A stretch of DNA of 64,000 nucleotides from Paraphysomonas bandaiensis (lineage: Eukaryota; Protista; Chrysophyceae), in NCBI GenBank assembly GCA_965644295.1, contig CBFFRP010000430.1:231729-295728 (forward strand), written 5' to 3'. Both the position numbers and the translations under genes were made by a program. Positions within the stretch are counted from its first letter, which is position 1; each line of letters opens with the position of its first letter. Below the pieces are notes generated by a model, which saw nothing but the letters and a program-made list of their open reading frames with translations, ran no database searches and had not been told where the DNA came from. This document shows, piece after piece, positions 12,269 to 24,404 of the stretch.

Positions 12269-12847
12269 TATGCTTCTCTGCTGCATAGTATGGACATTTG
12301 GATGTTTTCACATTATGCATTATGGCATAGCTGTAAGAAGGTGTCTAATGTTATAATCAGACAAGATATAATAACAATCTCATGATTATTTTGTATATGG
12401 GTAAAGAGAGCATTTTTTAAATCCAAACCGAGTGTATTACATATAGGGGGATTCGAAATACGAAATTAACAACTGTCCGATGTTCGATGAATGCTATGCG
12501 AATTTAATATTGATTCATATGAACAACCCTTATATATGATGGAATACGTATGTTTCTCTAAGATAGTACTTTAAAATAAGGTGAATACAATGTGATAAAC
12601 TGTAATACGTAGTCAAACATACTATATAGCTATAACTGCCCTCAACAAAGTCGGAGTAGCACCTTTTCGTGGTGTTTAGAGGGATAAGTACCGGAGAGAT
12701 TCTCGCTGGGATATTAACGTGAGCCGCAAACATAGACAGCAAATATTGTTCTGCCCACTCATAGCCGAATGCTTGTGTGGTACAAGGGACACCAATAAGT
12801 GTCACTTGTGTAGACGTCTTTGGGCTCTGACGAATCTAATTATTTAA

Positions 12848-12942
12848 TGACTAGGCTTTTCAACCATTAGACTAGGTTTTTACTCCAATTTTGGTGTGAC
12901 TAGAAAATTCCACCATTTTGACTAGGTCGAAAAATAGATCCC
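12848..12942. repeat. Transposon-end-like segment with repeated GACTAGG motifs
   Basis: Four GACTAG(G) motifs about 21-28 bp apart, ending in ...ATCCC; related segments at 29275-29395, 59738-59792 (inverted) and 60091-60208. Confidence 0.6.
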
Positions 12943-13594
12943 ATTGTACCACGTACCACCCCTGTACAAGATACGGAAGTTGATCAGTGGTTGCTTTTTT
13001 TGTGTGTTTGGTATGCGTAGATATATAGGGACTGGGGTGTGCCCCATACTGACAGCGTAACTATTCACTGCGTGCGGCCCTCTAGTGTCGTTTGTATTTC
13101 GATATTGAGGCAGCTAGTGCCATATATTAACGTCTTCTGGTGACCAACTTTTCCTACTGAGGAACTTATGCTGATACCGCCAAGTCAAAGCGCTTTATGG
13201 TGTTGGTACGCTTGAGTACTCACTGTTACTCATCCTTGCCTGGATTCATGGCATCAGTCGTAATGTATGCACAACCTGCACCGACACCAGCTTCCTGCTC
13301 AATATCTTCTCCGTTATGAGTAGAGTTGGTATATTCAAATGGCTTTTTCTTCTATGCTAACTATGTTTTGATTGATCTTCATCAATTGATATTACCGCAA
13401 GTGATATATATCTTCGGCATCTCTAGTGTACTTCATTGCCACACCATTGCTATCTGTTACCAAAGCCTAACATAGTCGTCTGTATTTCATAACTGGTTAC
13501 TATTTTACATTTCGAAAGGTACTGTTTCTTTCCTCTTGATCTTGAGCTACAAGACTAAGTTCAGCTCGACCCATAGTGTGTATTGTATGTTATG

Positions 13595-16500
13595 TGTTGA
13601 GAAACGCTCATTTTACACTAGATCACAGAGAGAATTTGTCGTAAGACTAGATAGATTTATTAATATCGTTTACACGAAGTTGTGATAACCAACACTAACT
13701 CATTATAATCCCTGCATAATATCCTACATATGCGAACCTCTCGTTACTGAACATATCTTGAACGATCAAACTATTTCAGTTTCTCAATATCATCACAGCA
13801 TTTGTACATCACTATATTTCACTGTATTCTCGTACATTGTCTTGAAGTGACATACTGAATATACTAGAATAAGATCCATATTATTCTAATACTCCCACTC
13901 AATGTAGAATGCAGTGAGATAAAACAACAGTGATCACAATAATCTGATAATGCTATGACTATCTAGTCCCATAGGTAAAAACAGATGTGAAATCTTTTAA
14001 AGATACATATATATCTAGCAGTCAACTAGATATACAGTTATGTGGGATTTTCACCCACTAAAACACACCTTTAACCTCTTCGGGGTCGTTTCTTCTGCTG
14101 CTCCTCCACACTGTTAGACACACTCCTCTTAACCCCGGTAATCGTTTTCTCATGACGGCTGAAGATCTTCGTGGACAACGCCTTTGTAAAAATATCGGCC
14201 GCCATATCATCCGTAGATACATGAATCAACTTTGCTGTAGGAAATTTGCCATTAACATGTTCTCTTATCCAGTGATACTTGATGTCAATATGCTTCGACC
14301 TCTTATGATACACTGGATTCTCTGAAAGATCCTTTGCACTCTTACTATCCATAAAGAATGGAGTCGGCTTCGCTACCAAGAGTCCGAGCTCCTTGAACAC
14401 CCCCCGAAGCCACACCAGTTCTTGCAAAGCCGCATACTCCGCCATATACTCAGATTCCATGCTCGAAGTCGCAACTGTGGTCTGAAGCTTGGACTGCCAG
14501 GCCAAAGCGCCCGCACATAAAAGCACGATGTATCCCGTTGTGGACCGCCTAGTCATCCTATCACCAGCCCAGTCTGAATCACTGAATACATGTAAATCAA
14601 ACTCACTCCCACTGAATCTGATTCCCTTATCAACTGTACCACGTAAATATTTCAACAAATGAATAGCTAATCTGCAAGTCGCATATGTTGGAGAAGTACT
14701 AAATCGAGCCAATAACCCCACAGCGTAAGCCAGATCAGGTCTAGTGTGAATCGCCAAATGCAACACCGCTCCAATAATTCCTCTATACGGAAATGATTCG
14801 ACCCACAGCTTCTGCTCCTCCGTCAGCTCACGTTGCTCTGCCAACAAATCCTGAACATTGGTAGGTAGTGGAGTCTCCTTATTCTTACTGCTCTTCCCCA
14901 TAAACGAATCGAATTTCTTTACAATATTCTTGGCATATTCCGATTGATCTAACATGTACCAGTCCTCTCCTCTCGTGATTCTGATATTCAGAAACCGTTT
15001 GCACACACCCAGATCGTGCATTTCAAACGTTTCGCAGAACCTACGTTTAACACTTTCTAAGTAGGTGAGATCAGCAGATGCAATGATAATATCATCAACA
15101 TATATCAGCAATAAGTGCAATTGACCATTACTCCATCGCATATACAAGCATGTATCTAAAATGCAAGCAGTAAAATGTAACGATTTGATAAACTTGTCAA
15201 TATGCTTGTTCCACTGCCTCGGTGATGACCGCAAACCATATAAGGCCTTGATCAATTGAAAACACCACCCCGCTGGCAACTCTTCATCAGGTGGAGGTGC
15301 CATATACACATCCTCTTCAAGATCGGCATAACAAAACGCTGATGATACATCCAACTGATGTACATGCATATGGAACATAAACGCAATCGCGAGGACCAGT
15401 CGAATGGTTATTCCTTTGACCACTGGAGCAAACGTGGACTGCTCCTCCTCCGTTTTTTCTTGTAGATTCCCTAATGCAACCAGCCGCGCCTTATACTTGA
15501 CTACGTTCCCCAGAAGGTCTCTCTTCACCGTGTGAACATACTTTGCTCGCACCAACTTCACTCCTCGTGGAGTCCGCACAATCTTTAAGACACGTCTCTT
15601 CAGTAGTGAGGTCTTCTCCACCTTCCGAGCTTCTCTCCACTTCATGTACTGTGGAGATCTCTCTGCTTCAGCATAGGAGTCTGGTGTCTTAAAATCATCG
15701 TGTTGAAACTCTGCATGTTTAAAGTTAACAGTGCATGCATCTGGCACCTCAACCATATTTATTTCTCCTAACACCGATGCGTTCGCCAACCTACGCTGTA
15801 GCCGTTTCCGCCGTACACGACCATCACCATCTAGTTCAATAGGTCGTCTAGTAGTTATATACGAACCCATACCTTGCTCATCCTGAGCCCGCAAATCTTG
15901 CGGTGTGGGAGGAGCCCCGCTCGCATCCCCAGACCCATGGTCTGTCGAGGTCTGCAACCTCACGACTGTCTGTTGACAGGTTGGGTCAGGACTCTCCTGG
16001 AACCCTCCAGGTCTTCCCTGGTCCAGCTCCCTGGCTGGCGTAGTACTCAGGGCGTCCCCCTTTCCTATGTACCCGGTATTCCCGGGGGTTTCTGCAGTCA
16101 TACGCACCACGTCTTCGACGTGTATAGGCACCCGGTGCTCTATATGCTCGCGACCTGCAGTAACAAGTGAACGGTATGCTACAATCACACCCTTACGTTC
16201 TACAACTCTTGTTGTCTTATACAGAAGTCCGTCCTCATCATCAATATGATACGTTCCTTCTAAGCTGGCATAGTCGGATGCAAGCTTGGGTCTAGCGGCC
16301 TCCCGCACTCGAAGAGCATCAATCTCTGCAAAATACTTCTCTGATCGTGATGGCGTTGACTCATCAGTCAATATATGGACTGTAGTCACCACCTTGTTTG
16401 ATTCAGGAAGATATACATGGTATCCTACCTTCTCATCAGAGTAACCCATTAAATATCCAACTAGAGCCTTATCCTCCCAATCCTTTCGTCGATCCGCCTT

Positions 16501-19105
16501 CGGTGAAAGAACATAAGTTCGACACCCCCATACCCTAAGATATCTCAAATTTGGAGGCTCGCCCGTTAGAAACTCTATAGGAGACATATACCCTTTATCT
16601 GTTTTCGTTGGCAATCGAATCAAAATATATCTGGCTGCCATGTATGCATCCAGCCAAAATTGCGGTGGCAGTCCAGATTGGATTAGCATTGCAAGAGTCA
16701 TCTCTCCAGCAGTTCTGAACTTCCTCTCCTCTATGGCATTCATTTCTGGAGAGTCTGTTGAGCTCCACGTATGTTGATAGCACTCCTGTGTCCTAAGATA
16801 CTGACGCAGCTCTTCACTGATTAATTCTCTTGCACCATCTGCATGATAGTGCTCCATCTTGAGCTTGTACCTTTTAACATCTCCTCTAAATAGCTCTTTG
16901 AAGACTTCTAAGACCGCTTCCCCAGTTCTGTGGACTAAACCCGTCGCCCAGAACATTTTGCTGGCATGATGCGTTATCTTTAACACATACCTCTCACCTC
17001 CTCTAGCAGGACAATTTAAGTACACTGCGATATCTGCTGAAAAATTCGGTCTAACGGAATTCTCGTCCTTCGTTCGGAAGCTGACTCGGGTTATCTTAGA
17101 CCTGGCACACACATCACACAAACACTGATTTTTGTGTACCTTGGCTGTGAGGTGTTTTCGTTTCAACCCTGTACCCATGATGAGCATCCTCTTATGTGCC
17201 TCCACTAAAGCATGTTTGTTGAAGTGACCCGCTCTCCGATGCAGCAACTCCAGCTCGTCCTCACCAGTCCTATCGCTAAGATTTACTTCACAATTACTCG
17301 GTGTAGACACATCTGGAAGCTCCAACAGCTGCTGAGTTGGAACTGCTGTCATGCCATTCTTCATGGGTCCCTCCAGTACTAGCTCACCAGTATTACAATC
17401 ATATATTTGGATGCCATACCAAACCGTGAATCTATATCCCATTTCGTTCAGCTTACGTCCGGAGCACAGGCATCGATTGATCTGATCTGAAATTTCAATG
17501 TCTCTCCATGCTCCACGGGAACCCACACTTGTGATATGAATCTCTGATCCCTTCTTAGAGCCGTTTATCACCTTTGATGTATTCATATGAGTGTCAAGCA
17601 TGGTCACATCATTCATCAAGAACATTGATGATGAACAGCAGGTGTCAATATATGTATAATGCATGTCATCATTTACACTACATATATTCGTTTCATGTAT
17701 ATTGCATGACAATTTCATAACATCCTCGATCATATTAGCTTCATCTTCATCAGAGAAATCTGCTGGTTCTCCACGCCGTATATTCTCTACTGTCAGCAAC
17801 CGTTTGTCCGGCTTCCTACCATGATTCTTCCCTTTCTCTCCTCTTCTAGAATGCTTTTTCTTCGTCGTTGGACAATCAGCAGCAAGATGTTCCAGAGACT
17901 TGCAATTTCTGCATCCCGTGTACTCCGCACTTCCAGGACGCTGCCCTGATATCTCTCCATCCTTCTTCCTCTGCTTCCTCCTGCACTGTTCAGTTGAATG
18001 GCTATGAGGAATTCCTTCTTTCCTGCAATATCTACAGTTACCCTTCTTACGCTTATCCCGTTCCGTTCGAGACCGTTTGCTCTTTTCAATGAAATTCAGC
18101 TCCTCCACCTTCTTGCGTTTCCGCTCTAACGCAATCCTTCCAGGAATGGTATCATCATACCGTTCTATCTTCCTTGATAATGTTGCATAATCAACATCAT
18201 CAGGCATCAAATACAAAGCAACATTCAGAGGAGCATATTCTTCATTCAACAGACCTTCTCGTAACCGTGTTATTTTTGAGAGCTCCGATATGTCCTGCTG
18301 CTGCTCCTGTAGCTCTTTCAGCAGTATTTCAAACCGTATTATATAGTCCTTCGCAGTCTCCTCCGGACGCATACGGAAAGATCCATACTGAGTCAACAGC
18401 TCACTGATCTTGTTTTGCTTCCCTCCAGCAAAGCACTTCTTCAACTCATCAATCATAATATGCGCCTTAAACCTGTTGCTTCCTTTTCCATCAGCCTTGA
18501 ACCCTTTATGTAGAAGATGGAATTTCTGAAGCGCCTTCGAAGATGTTTGCACTGCCTCTCTGCAGTACGAATACGCTATGGCATTCGCCTTCCAGTACTT
18601 CTTCACAGCCTGTCTGTAAGACTTCTCCTCCATTAACGTGAGTGGCTGTTCCCCGAAGTCGCTCTCCTTCGGTGGTGGCTCCACCGCTACTTCACTTTGC
18701 TCTTTCCTCATGAGGAATGTTTCGAAGTCCTCAATCCATTGTTCAACATTGCTCTCATTAAACTGTGGCACTACTCCTCTATCCTCCTTCTCTCCTCCTC
18801 GCTCGCTACCATGTTGAGAAACGCTCATTTTACACTAGATCACAGAGAGAATTTGTCGTAAGACTAGATAGATTTATTAATATCGTTTACACGAAGTTGT
18901 GATAACCAACACTAACTCATTATAATCCCTGCATAATATCCTACATATGCGAACCTCTCGTTACTGAACATATCTTGAACGATCAAACTATTTCAGTTTC
19001 TCAATATCATCACAGCATTTGTACATCACTATATTTCACTGTATTCTCGTACATTGTCTTGAAGTGACATACTGAATATACTAGAATAAGATCCATATTC
19101 TAATA
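13595..19105 (-). mobile_element. Full-length Ty1/Copia LTR retrotransposon
   Basis: LTRs at 13595-13891 and 18812-19105; 5-bp TSD TTATG (13590-13594 and 19106-19110); PBS-like TGGTAGCGAG right after the 5' LTR; PPT-like TGAGTGGGAG before the 3' LTR; intact single ORF. Confidence 0.97.
14071..18828 (-). CDS. Copia Gag-Pol polyprotein (gag, zinc knuckles, protease, integrase, RT, RNase H)
   Basis: CRNCKSLEHLAADC knuckle; YIDTCCS protease; H.R.GH...CDVC and D..D..E integrase; YVDD RT; DSDWA/ESEY/ADIFTK RNase H, in copia domain order. Confidence 0.97.
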   Translation of the reverse strand: MSVSQHGSERGGEKEDRGVVPQFNESNVEQWIEDFETFLMRKEQSEVAVEPPPKESDFGEQPLTLMEEKSYRQAVKKYWKANAIAYSYCREAVQTSSKALQKFHLLHKGFKADGKGSNRFKAHIMIDELKKCFAGGKQNKISELLTQYGSFRMRPEETAKDYIIRFEILLKELQEQQQDISELSKITRLREGLLNEEYAPLNVALYLMPDDVDYATLSRKIERYDDTIPGRIALERKRKKVEELNFIEKSKRSRTERDKRKKGNCRYCRKEGIPHSHSTEQCRRKQRKKDGEISGQRPGSAEYTGCRNCKSLEHLAADCPTTKKKHSRRGEKGKNHGRKPDKRLLTVENIRRGEPADFSDEDEANMIEDVMKLSCNIHETNICSVNDDMHYTYIDTCCSSSMFLMNDVTMLDTHMNTSKVINGSKKGSEIHITSVGSRGAWRDIEISDQINRCLCSGRKLNEMGYRFTVWYGIQIYDCNTGELVLEGPMKNGMTAVPTQQLLELPDVSTPSNCEVNLSDRTGEDELELLHRRAGHFNKHALVEAHKRMLIMGTGLKRKHLTAKVHKNQCLCDVCARSKITRVSFRTKDENSVRPNFSADIAVYLNCPARGGERYVLKITHHASKMFWATGLVHRTGEAVLEVFKELFRGDVKRYKLKMEHYHADGARELISEELRQYLRTQECYQHTWSSTDSPEMNAIEERKFRTAGEMTLAMLIQSGLPPQFWLDAYMAARYILIRLPTKTDKGYMSPIEFLTGEPPNLRYLRVWGCRTYVLSPKADRRKDWEDKALVGYLMGYSDEKVGYHVYLPESNKVVTTVHILTDESTPSRSEKYFAEIDALRVREAARPKLASDYASLEGTYHIDDEDGLLYKTTRVVERKGVIVAYRSLVTAGREHIEHRVPIHVEDVVRMTAETPGNTGYIGKGDALSTTPARELDQGRPGGFQESPDPTCQQTVVRLQTSTDHGSGDASGAPPTPQDLRAQDEQGMGSYITTRRPIELDGDGRVRRKRLQRRLANASVLGEINMVEVPDACTVNFKHAEFQHDDFKTPDSYAEAERSPQYMKWREARKVEKTSLLKRRVLKIVRTPRGVKLVRAKYVHTVKRDLLGNVVKYKARLVALGNLQEKTEEEQSTFAPVVKGITIRLVLAIAFMFHMHVHQLDVSSAFCYADLEEDVYMAPPPDEELPAGWCFQLIKALYGLRSSPRQWNKHIDKFIKSLHFTACILDTCLYMRWSNGQLHLLLIYVDDIIIASADLTYLESVKRRFCETFEMHDLGVCKRFLNIRITRGEDWYMLDQSEYAKNIVKKFDSFMGKSSKNKETPLPTNVQDLLAEQRELTEEQKLWVESFPYRGIIGAVLHLAIHTRPDLAYAVGLLARFSTSPTYATCRLAIHLLKYLRGTVDKGIRFSGSEFDLHVFSDSDWAGDRMTRRSTTGYIVLLCAGALAWQSKLQTTVATSSMESEYMAEYAALQELVWLRGVFKELGLLVAKPTPFFMDSKSAKDLSENPVYHKRSKHIDIKYHWIREHVNGKFPTAKLIHVSTDDMAADIFTKALSTKIFSRHEKTITGVKRSVSNSVEEQQKKRPRRG

Positions 19106-19957
19106 TTATGCTCAAAACTTTTCTGTTTTAAGATATCTCTGAGTAGCTTGGAAATCATATTAAATATTACGGATCCTGTATAAAGGATACTGCAGAACTG
19201 AAGTGTACTGTGAATTCTGACGTAGAGCAGTATTTACGTGGTTAACTCTTTACTGTTTTCTTCTTTCGTAACCAGGGATATTTAGATACTTACATACGGG
19301 TTAATTCATATTTATAGTACAATGTATACTTCTAAGACTAAACTATAATAATATGTAGAATAATAGTGTACATGCAATGAAATTTGTAAGTTTTAAACTC
19401 TATATTCTCACTACTACCAAACACTATCTATATTATAAATGAGATAGACACGATCTTATACCTTATACGGCCAATAGATTCAGTTTGCCTAAACTATCTC
19501 ATAGCATATTATCAAAATAATATAATACTGTCTCTAATTACTAAGGTAATGGATATAATATAAAAACCTTATAATACAGCTTTTAATTGCTCCAAAAGGC
19601 AATACTCGACACAGCGTAAATTGTGAAGTAAACTAAGTCTTGAACTAAAAGTATATAAATCACAACCCACAACTTACGTATATTTGCAAACATATTAATA
19701 AGTTTATAATTACTAGATCTAATCTCTTGGTCCGGAAGCAAAGTACAAATTAGCCAGAATGGCAAACATTATTATATTATAATCTCCTCGAATTAGATAC
19801 ACACGCACTGCAGCTACAATATCAATGTGATATAATTCAACCTCCATAATATATTTTACGCACTTTATATGCTTGAACAGACGTTATACCAGATATAAAC
19901 TACGCACATGGGAAGGTTCAACAGATTTCAGCAGCAGTCGGGTCATTACGAGCCGCA

Positions 19958-20779
19958 CTATTCGTTGCGAACAATGGCCTTAGGCAAGACAGTGGTCCCA
20001 CCTTTAGGATTTTGAACCATTGCGTTTTTAGCGAATTCATCCCAACAAATACCCCCTGATTTATTCAGATCGAAGTAGGCAAAGAGTGCAACCACCTGCA
20101 CGTCATCCAAGTAGCAGTTGCTCAACTCTAAGAATTGCCTAAATTCGTACTCATCAAGAGTTTTGCTGTCATCGAAATCAAAATACTCAAATATTTTTCT
20201 GATACGAATAATTTGTTGCGCATAACTGCGAACCCTTTCCGATAACTTACTTTGAACGATATTGAGCAAACCCTTCTGAGTCTGTCCACGCTCATGTAGC
20301 TTGGTTATCGCATCGTTGTAGTATTTCATCATTTCGTCATGACTTCCATATCTCTTGGCAACAAACTCTTCGTGTCCCGGGCGCAGATTCCCGTGCATTG
20401 GCAAAGTGCACGAGTACTTGCATCTTGGTAGGTTATGTAATTGGCTTGCTTTCTTGACAGGAGAGTACATCCGTTTCTGCATTTCTTCTCCGGGAACAGT
20501 CGGATGGCCACATACATCTAGAGATCCAGGAATATGTCCAGTATACCCTCTAATCTTATATCGTATCGGACTAGTTGGTACTGGTGGCTGATTAAACTGT
20601 GGAATATGTCCAGTATATCCCCTTGTAGCAGATGCTCCTCTTGAAGGTGGTCGACTGTCAGGTGATTCAACTTCAGGAAATATTTTTCTTCTATTCTCTC
20701 TTGCACTTCGAAATGCTTTAATTGAATTATATTTAAGAAATTCCATTCGTGGAATATCAACAGATTTTGTTCGTTTCAT
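19958..20779 (-). CDS. EF-hand protein with GYTGHIP repeats (ciliary microtubule-inner-protein-like)
   Basis: Two GYTGHIP motifs; EF-hands DFDDSKTLDEYE and DLNKSGGICWDE. Confidence 0.7.
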   Translation of the reverse strand: MKRTKSVDIPRMEFLKYNSIKAFRSARENRRKIFPEVESPDSRPPSRGASATRGYTGHIPQFNQPPVPTSPIRYKIRGYTGHIPGSLDVCGHPTVPGEEMQKRMYSPVKKASQLHNLPRCKYSCTLPMHGNLRPGHEEFVAKRYGSHDEMMKYYNDAITKLHERGQTQKGLLNIVQSKLSERVRSYAQQIIRIRKIFEYFDFDDSKTLDEYEFRQFLELSNCYLDDVQVVALFAYFDLNKSGGICWDEFAKNAMVQNPKGGTTVLPKAIVRNE

Positions 20780-21317
20780 TTCTAATGTTTTACTTTTAAT
20801 ATTATTAAAACATTCTTATGATGAATACTATAAAGACGGTCCTGAATAGATATATCAATACAGGACAATGATATCAATGAATCCAACTGTGCTTATAATG
20901 AAACAATATACGAACTAGACTGGTATTAAAAGATTTCCACCAGTGTTGCGTATATGGATCATATAAGTGGGATTGTTTAGAGGAAGTTACTGTGTATGGT
21001 GTATATGTGAGTCCATGTAGAGTGAAGGGAAACATGAGTCCATGTCATACATAGATATACATACACATACATCCATACATAGTACATACATATCCATACA
21101 TACCTCCTATAGATACACACCATACATATAGAGTATCATGTATGTCTTACGTCAGTCACTGGAACTGGCAGTTTCATCAAAATGTGGTTGTTATCCCTTC
21201 ATGATACCGGGCGAAAGAGACGGTAACGGATTGCTGCCCGGTGGAATGGGACAATGGGCGGAAGGAAAGATATGTATGTATGTAGGATGTAGGTACTGCT
21301 GTAGGTACGAAGTAGGT

Positions 21318-21670
21318 AGCATCTTATTTTTCGGAAAATAATTGAAGCGAAAAATGTCTAAATTAATGCAATCTAACTACGGCTGAAATACAGAGATTTG
21401 TTATCTCAATATTTGAGGCATCTTTGAACAAAAATATACAAAGGATGCCGATACGTGGTTGGCAGGTGTTTATATGTACGTATATTGTACACGACCATCA
21501 GTGTTACTCCTTCATATGTCGTATCGGCAGTCAGCATCATATTTTTCGGAGATAAATTGAATCAAAAATACTCTACATTACTGCAATACAACTACGGCTG
21601 AAATACAGATAATTGTTGTCTCAATATTAGAGGCATCTTGGAACAAAAATATACAAAGGATGCCAATACG
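21318..21670 (+). repeat. ~150-bp dispersed element, copies C (21318-21455) and D (21520-21670)
   Basis: Same core and TGCC(G/A)ATACG end as copy B; tandem, same orientation. Confidence 0.88.
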
Positions 21671-21764
21671 CGTTAAGTACAAGTGTCGTCCATCCACAAC
21701 TCGCTACTAAACAATCCACACACAATATACACAACTAACCCTTCCATAATTATACTATAAAACA

Positions 21765-23039
21765 ATGTCTCATTATGATGAAGAAACATGTACACAAATA
21801 CCTTCAAATAAACTCATTAATTCACTAAGTTTCTCATGTGGTGGCTGGTTGTTTATATATATGTTTGGTGTTGCAAAATGTTTACAAGATCATAAATTAC
21901 ATAAGAATATTACATGTATTGGATGCTCAGCTGGTGCTCTTACAGCTGCTGGATTATGTTTAAATGGTAACTTTGACAAAGCTACTGAATTTTGTCGTGT
22001 GGAGTGTGTTCGTCGGGCATATAGCTCGATATTTGGAATATTTAAAATAGCTGAGTATGTATCAGAGTGTTTAGATATTTCAGTTGATTTAAAGAAGTGT
22101 GTAAATCTAGAAGAAGGACAATTGCGTGTTGCATACACTGCTCTTCCCTTCATGGAAAAGAGACAAGCAATGTCTTATACTTGTGGTGATGATTTAAAGA
22201 AGTACTTACTTGCTTCGTCTGCAGCTTTTCCACTTGCCCCATTGGTCTATCATCGAGGCGAGTGGCTTGTAGATGGGGGCTACTCTGATTTCCAACCATT
22301 AGTATCTGATAGCACTATTACTGTATCACCACTGTACTTCTCCACTGCGGACATTCGACCTTCCAGATACGTTCCACTCTGGTGGGCATTTCTTCCCCCT
22401 TGCTGTGAGAGCACAGTGGACTGGCTGTTCGAGCTTGGGTACTATGACACTGTGAAGTGGCTGCAGGAAAGGAGGGTTGCAGGGATTTCACCGACTCTAC
22501 ACTTTCCGTCATTGCAGCCGAGGAGGAGCAAGCACCCGAGCCATCCTTATCACACTCCCGGACAGGTTACAATGCACCGCTTCTTAGGTTTTGATCCTGG
22601 AGAAATTATGCACTCGTACTTCACACTGCTTCTTGACCTTGGCCTCTATATACTCGTCACCTGTGTGTGGCGCCCACTAGCCGTTTCCCTAATATTTGGA
22701 GAACTGCTAGTAATGTTGGTAGTGCACTTATGCTACTGCATTTATGCTGAGCTGTACAACATTTGGTCACCTTTACCGTATTTGATTGGGGCTATCACGC
22801 CACAGCTCTGGACGTGTTATATGTTGACATTTGTGCTGGTTCTCACGAAAGCGATTTCAATTAGCGAGTGCAGAGAAAGCCGACTCGCAGTAATTTTGCA
22901 GCATGGCTCGTGTATATTCTCATTGTCACTAATGAGACGATACATCCCAGTCATAAATACCCCTTATTGTCCTCTGAATAAGCATGTGTATTTGTTAAAA
23001 TTATCTTTTGTGTACAGACTTGTGCGACACTTTGTATAA
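21765..23039 (+). CDS. Patatin-like phospholipase (PNPLA/ATGL-like) with C-terminal membrane region
   Basis: SFSCGGW oxyanion loop, GCSAG nucleophile, DGG acid; hydrophobic C-terminus. Confidence 0.9.
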   Translation: MSHYDEETCTQIPSNKLINSLSFSCGGWLFIYMFGVAKCLQDHKLHKNITCIGCSAGALTAAGLCLNGNFDKATEFCRVECVRRAYSSIFGIFKIAEYVSECLDISVDLKKCVNLEEGQLRVAYTALPFMEKRQAMSYTCGDDLKKYLLASSAAFPLAPLVYHRGEWLVDGGYSDFQPLVSDSTITVSPLYFSTADIRPSRYVPLWWAFLPPCCESTVDWLFELGYYDTVKWLQERRVAGISPTLHFPSLQPRRSKHPSHPYHTPGQVTMHRFLGFDPGEIMHSYFTLLLDLGLYILVTCVWRPLAVSLIFGELLVMLVVHLCYCIYAELYNIWSPLPYLIGAITPQLWTCYMLTFVLVLTKAISISECRESRLAVILQHGSCIFSLSLMRRYIPVINTPYCPLNKHVYLLKLSFVYRLVRHFV

Positions 23040-23215
23040 TAATTATCTCAGTATATAGTCGAACATAACTTATTCAAAGTAGCGAGTGCTATTATTTTTT
23101 CTGAAAGGAGTAATATGATGTATATTTTGCAATTGAAATGAATTAATGGTATGCGAAGCTAGTTCCGTAGAAGTAAATTCAATTGCTGATATCAGTGATG
23201 CATGTCTATATATCT

Positions 23216-23323
23216 CAGGGCTGCGTAACACTTAATTGTATTGCAATTATAATTGCGCGAGCTATAACTAATAATTGCAGTTTAATTTGCAATTAAATTG
23301 CAATTAATTGTTACGCAGCCCTG
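23216..23323. mobile_element. hAT-type MITE
   Basis: 15-bp TIR CAGGGCTGCGTAACA/TGTTACGCAGCCCTG; 8-bp TSD ATATATCT on both sides. Confidence 0.92.
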
Positions 23324-24404
23324 ATATATCTATACATGATGTTTAGGAATGTGGGATTGACTGGTGAACGGTAAACATATTCTATGTTCACCAGATGTTA
23401 TATTATAAATACTATACTAAGTATTTAGATTAATAATAATAAGTTTTTCTTGAAAGTACATTTTGTGTAATAACGTAGCTTGAGGTTTACGTTGTACACG
23501 ATTAACGTCAGTGAAAGCAATGTGAAAGATATTATGATGAATTTTGACAAGTATTAGACTGAGAAAAAAAGATTAAAATTTATTTGGGCAGAGCAATAGT
23601 AGTGAATGTCTGATTATTTGCAATAGGCGTGTAAGAGTCAGTACTAGTGTAGCAAAACAATTTGACTAAAGAGTGCTTAACTCTGATATCCTACAAATAT
23701 TAGACTGAGAAAAAAGATCAATATTGTTCTAAGTAGAGCAGTATATCTTGTCGTTAGTTTCCCAGAGTTATTCACCCCGGTACTTATTCCCCTGAACACC
23801 ACGAAAAGCTTCAAAACTGACTATGTTGAGGGTACCACTTTCCTAAACCCTAAATCCATACAGCGGTCAATGAAGATGAAATGAAGATCGTCCATGATGA
23901 TCCATTCCAACCACTTATAGATATATATATGTCGCTTTCGCATAAAAATGTACCACGTATTTGAAGCACCTCCATGAGAGTAAAAATTAGCAAGGAGATT
24001 GCTGTAGCCTGTCCCTGCACGCTGCTTTCGAGGTTTTGCTCTTAACAAGCAGTAATTGCAAAACCATTTTTGTCTTTAACTTCTGAATGATGTGTGTAAA
24101 ATGTTGTATTGTGACCAAAGTGGGCGGATATGTGATCCTTTTGCTGGCTTTTACAGATAATGAGAAAAATATATACTCGGTCAGTGTTTAGTTGTACGAT
24201 GAGGGCATTTACTATTTCCGTAAATAGCTTGACAAAGGCTATTTCAGTACGAATTCTAATCAATATAAAACTTTAATAGCGTTCTTCGTTTCAGGTAATT
24301 ATTAGGATAGAAGCACTATTACAAGTACAATCGACTAGTGTACTACATATTCGCATACTTCTGAGGCATTCTTTACGTTTAATTGGAATCCTGGTACTTT
24401 CAAG

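Noticed and set aside
11518-12356. Long antisense and alternate-frame ORFs over the ankyrin gene (similarly over LVIVD/PT repeats, Copia and the NTase)
   Set aside because: Shadow ORFs caused by repeated or stop-poor coding sequence.
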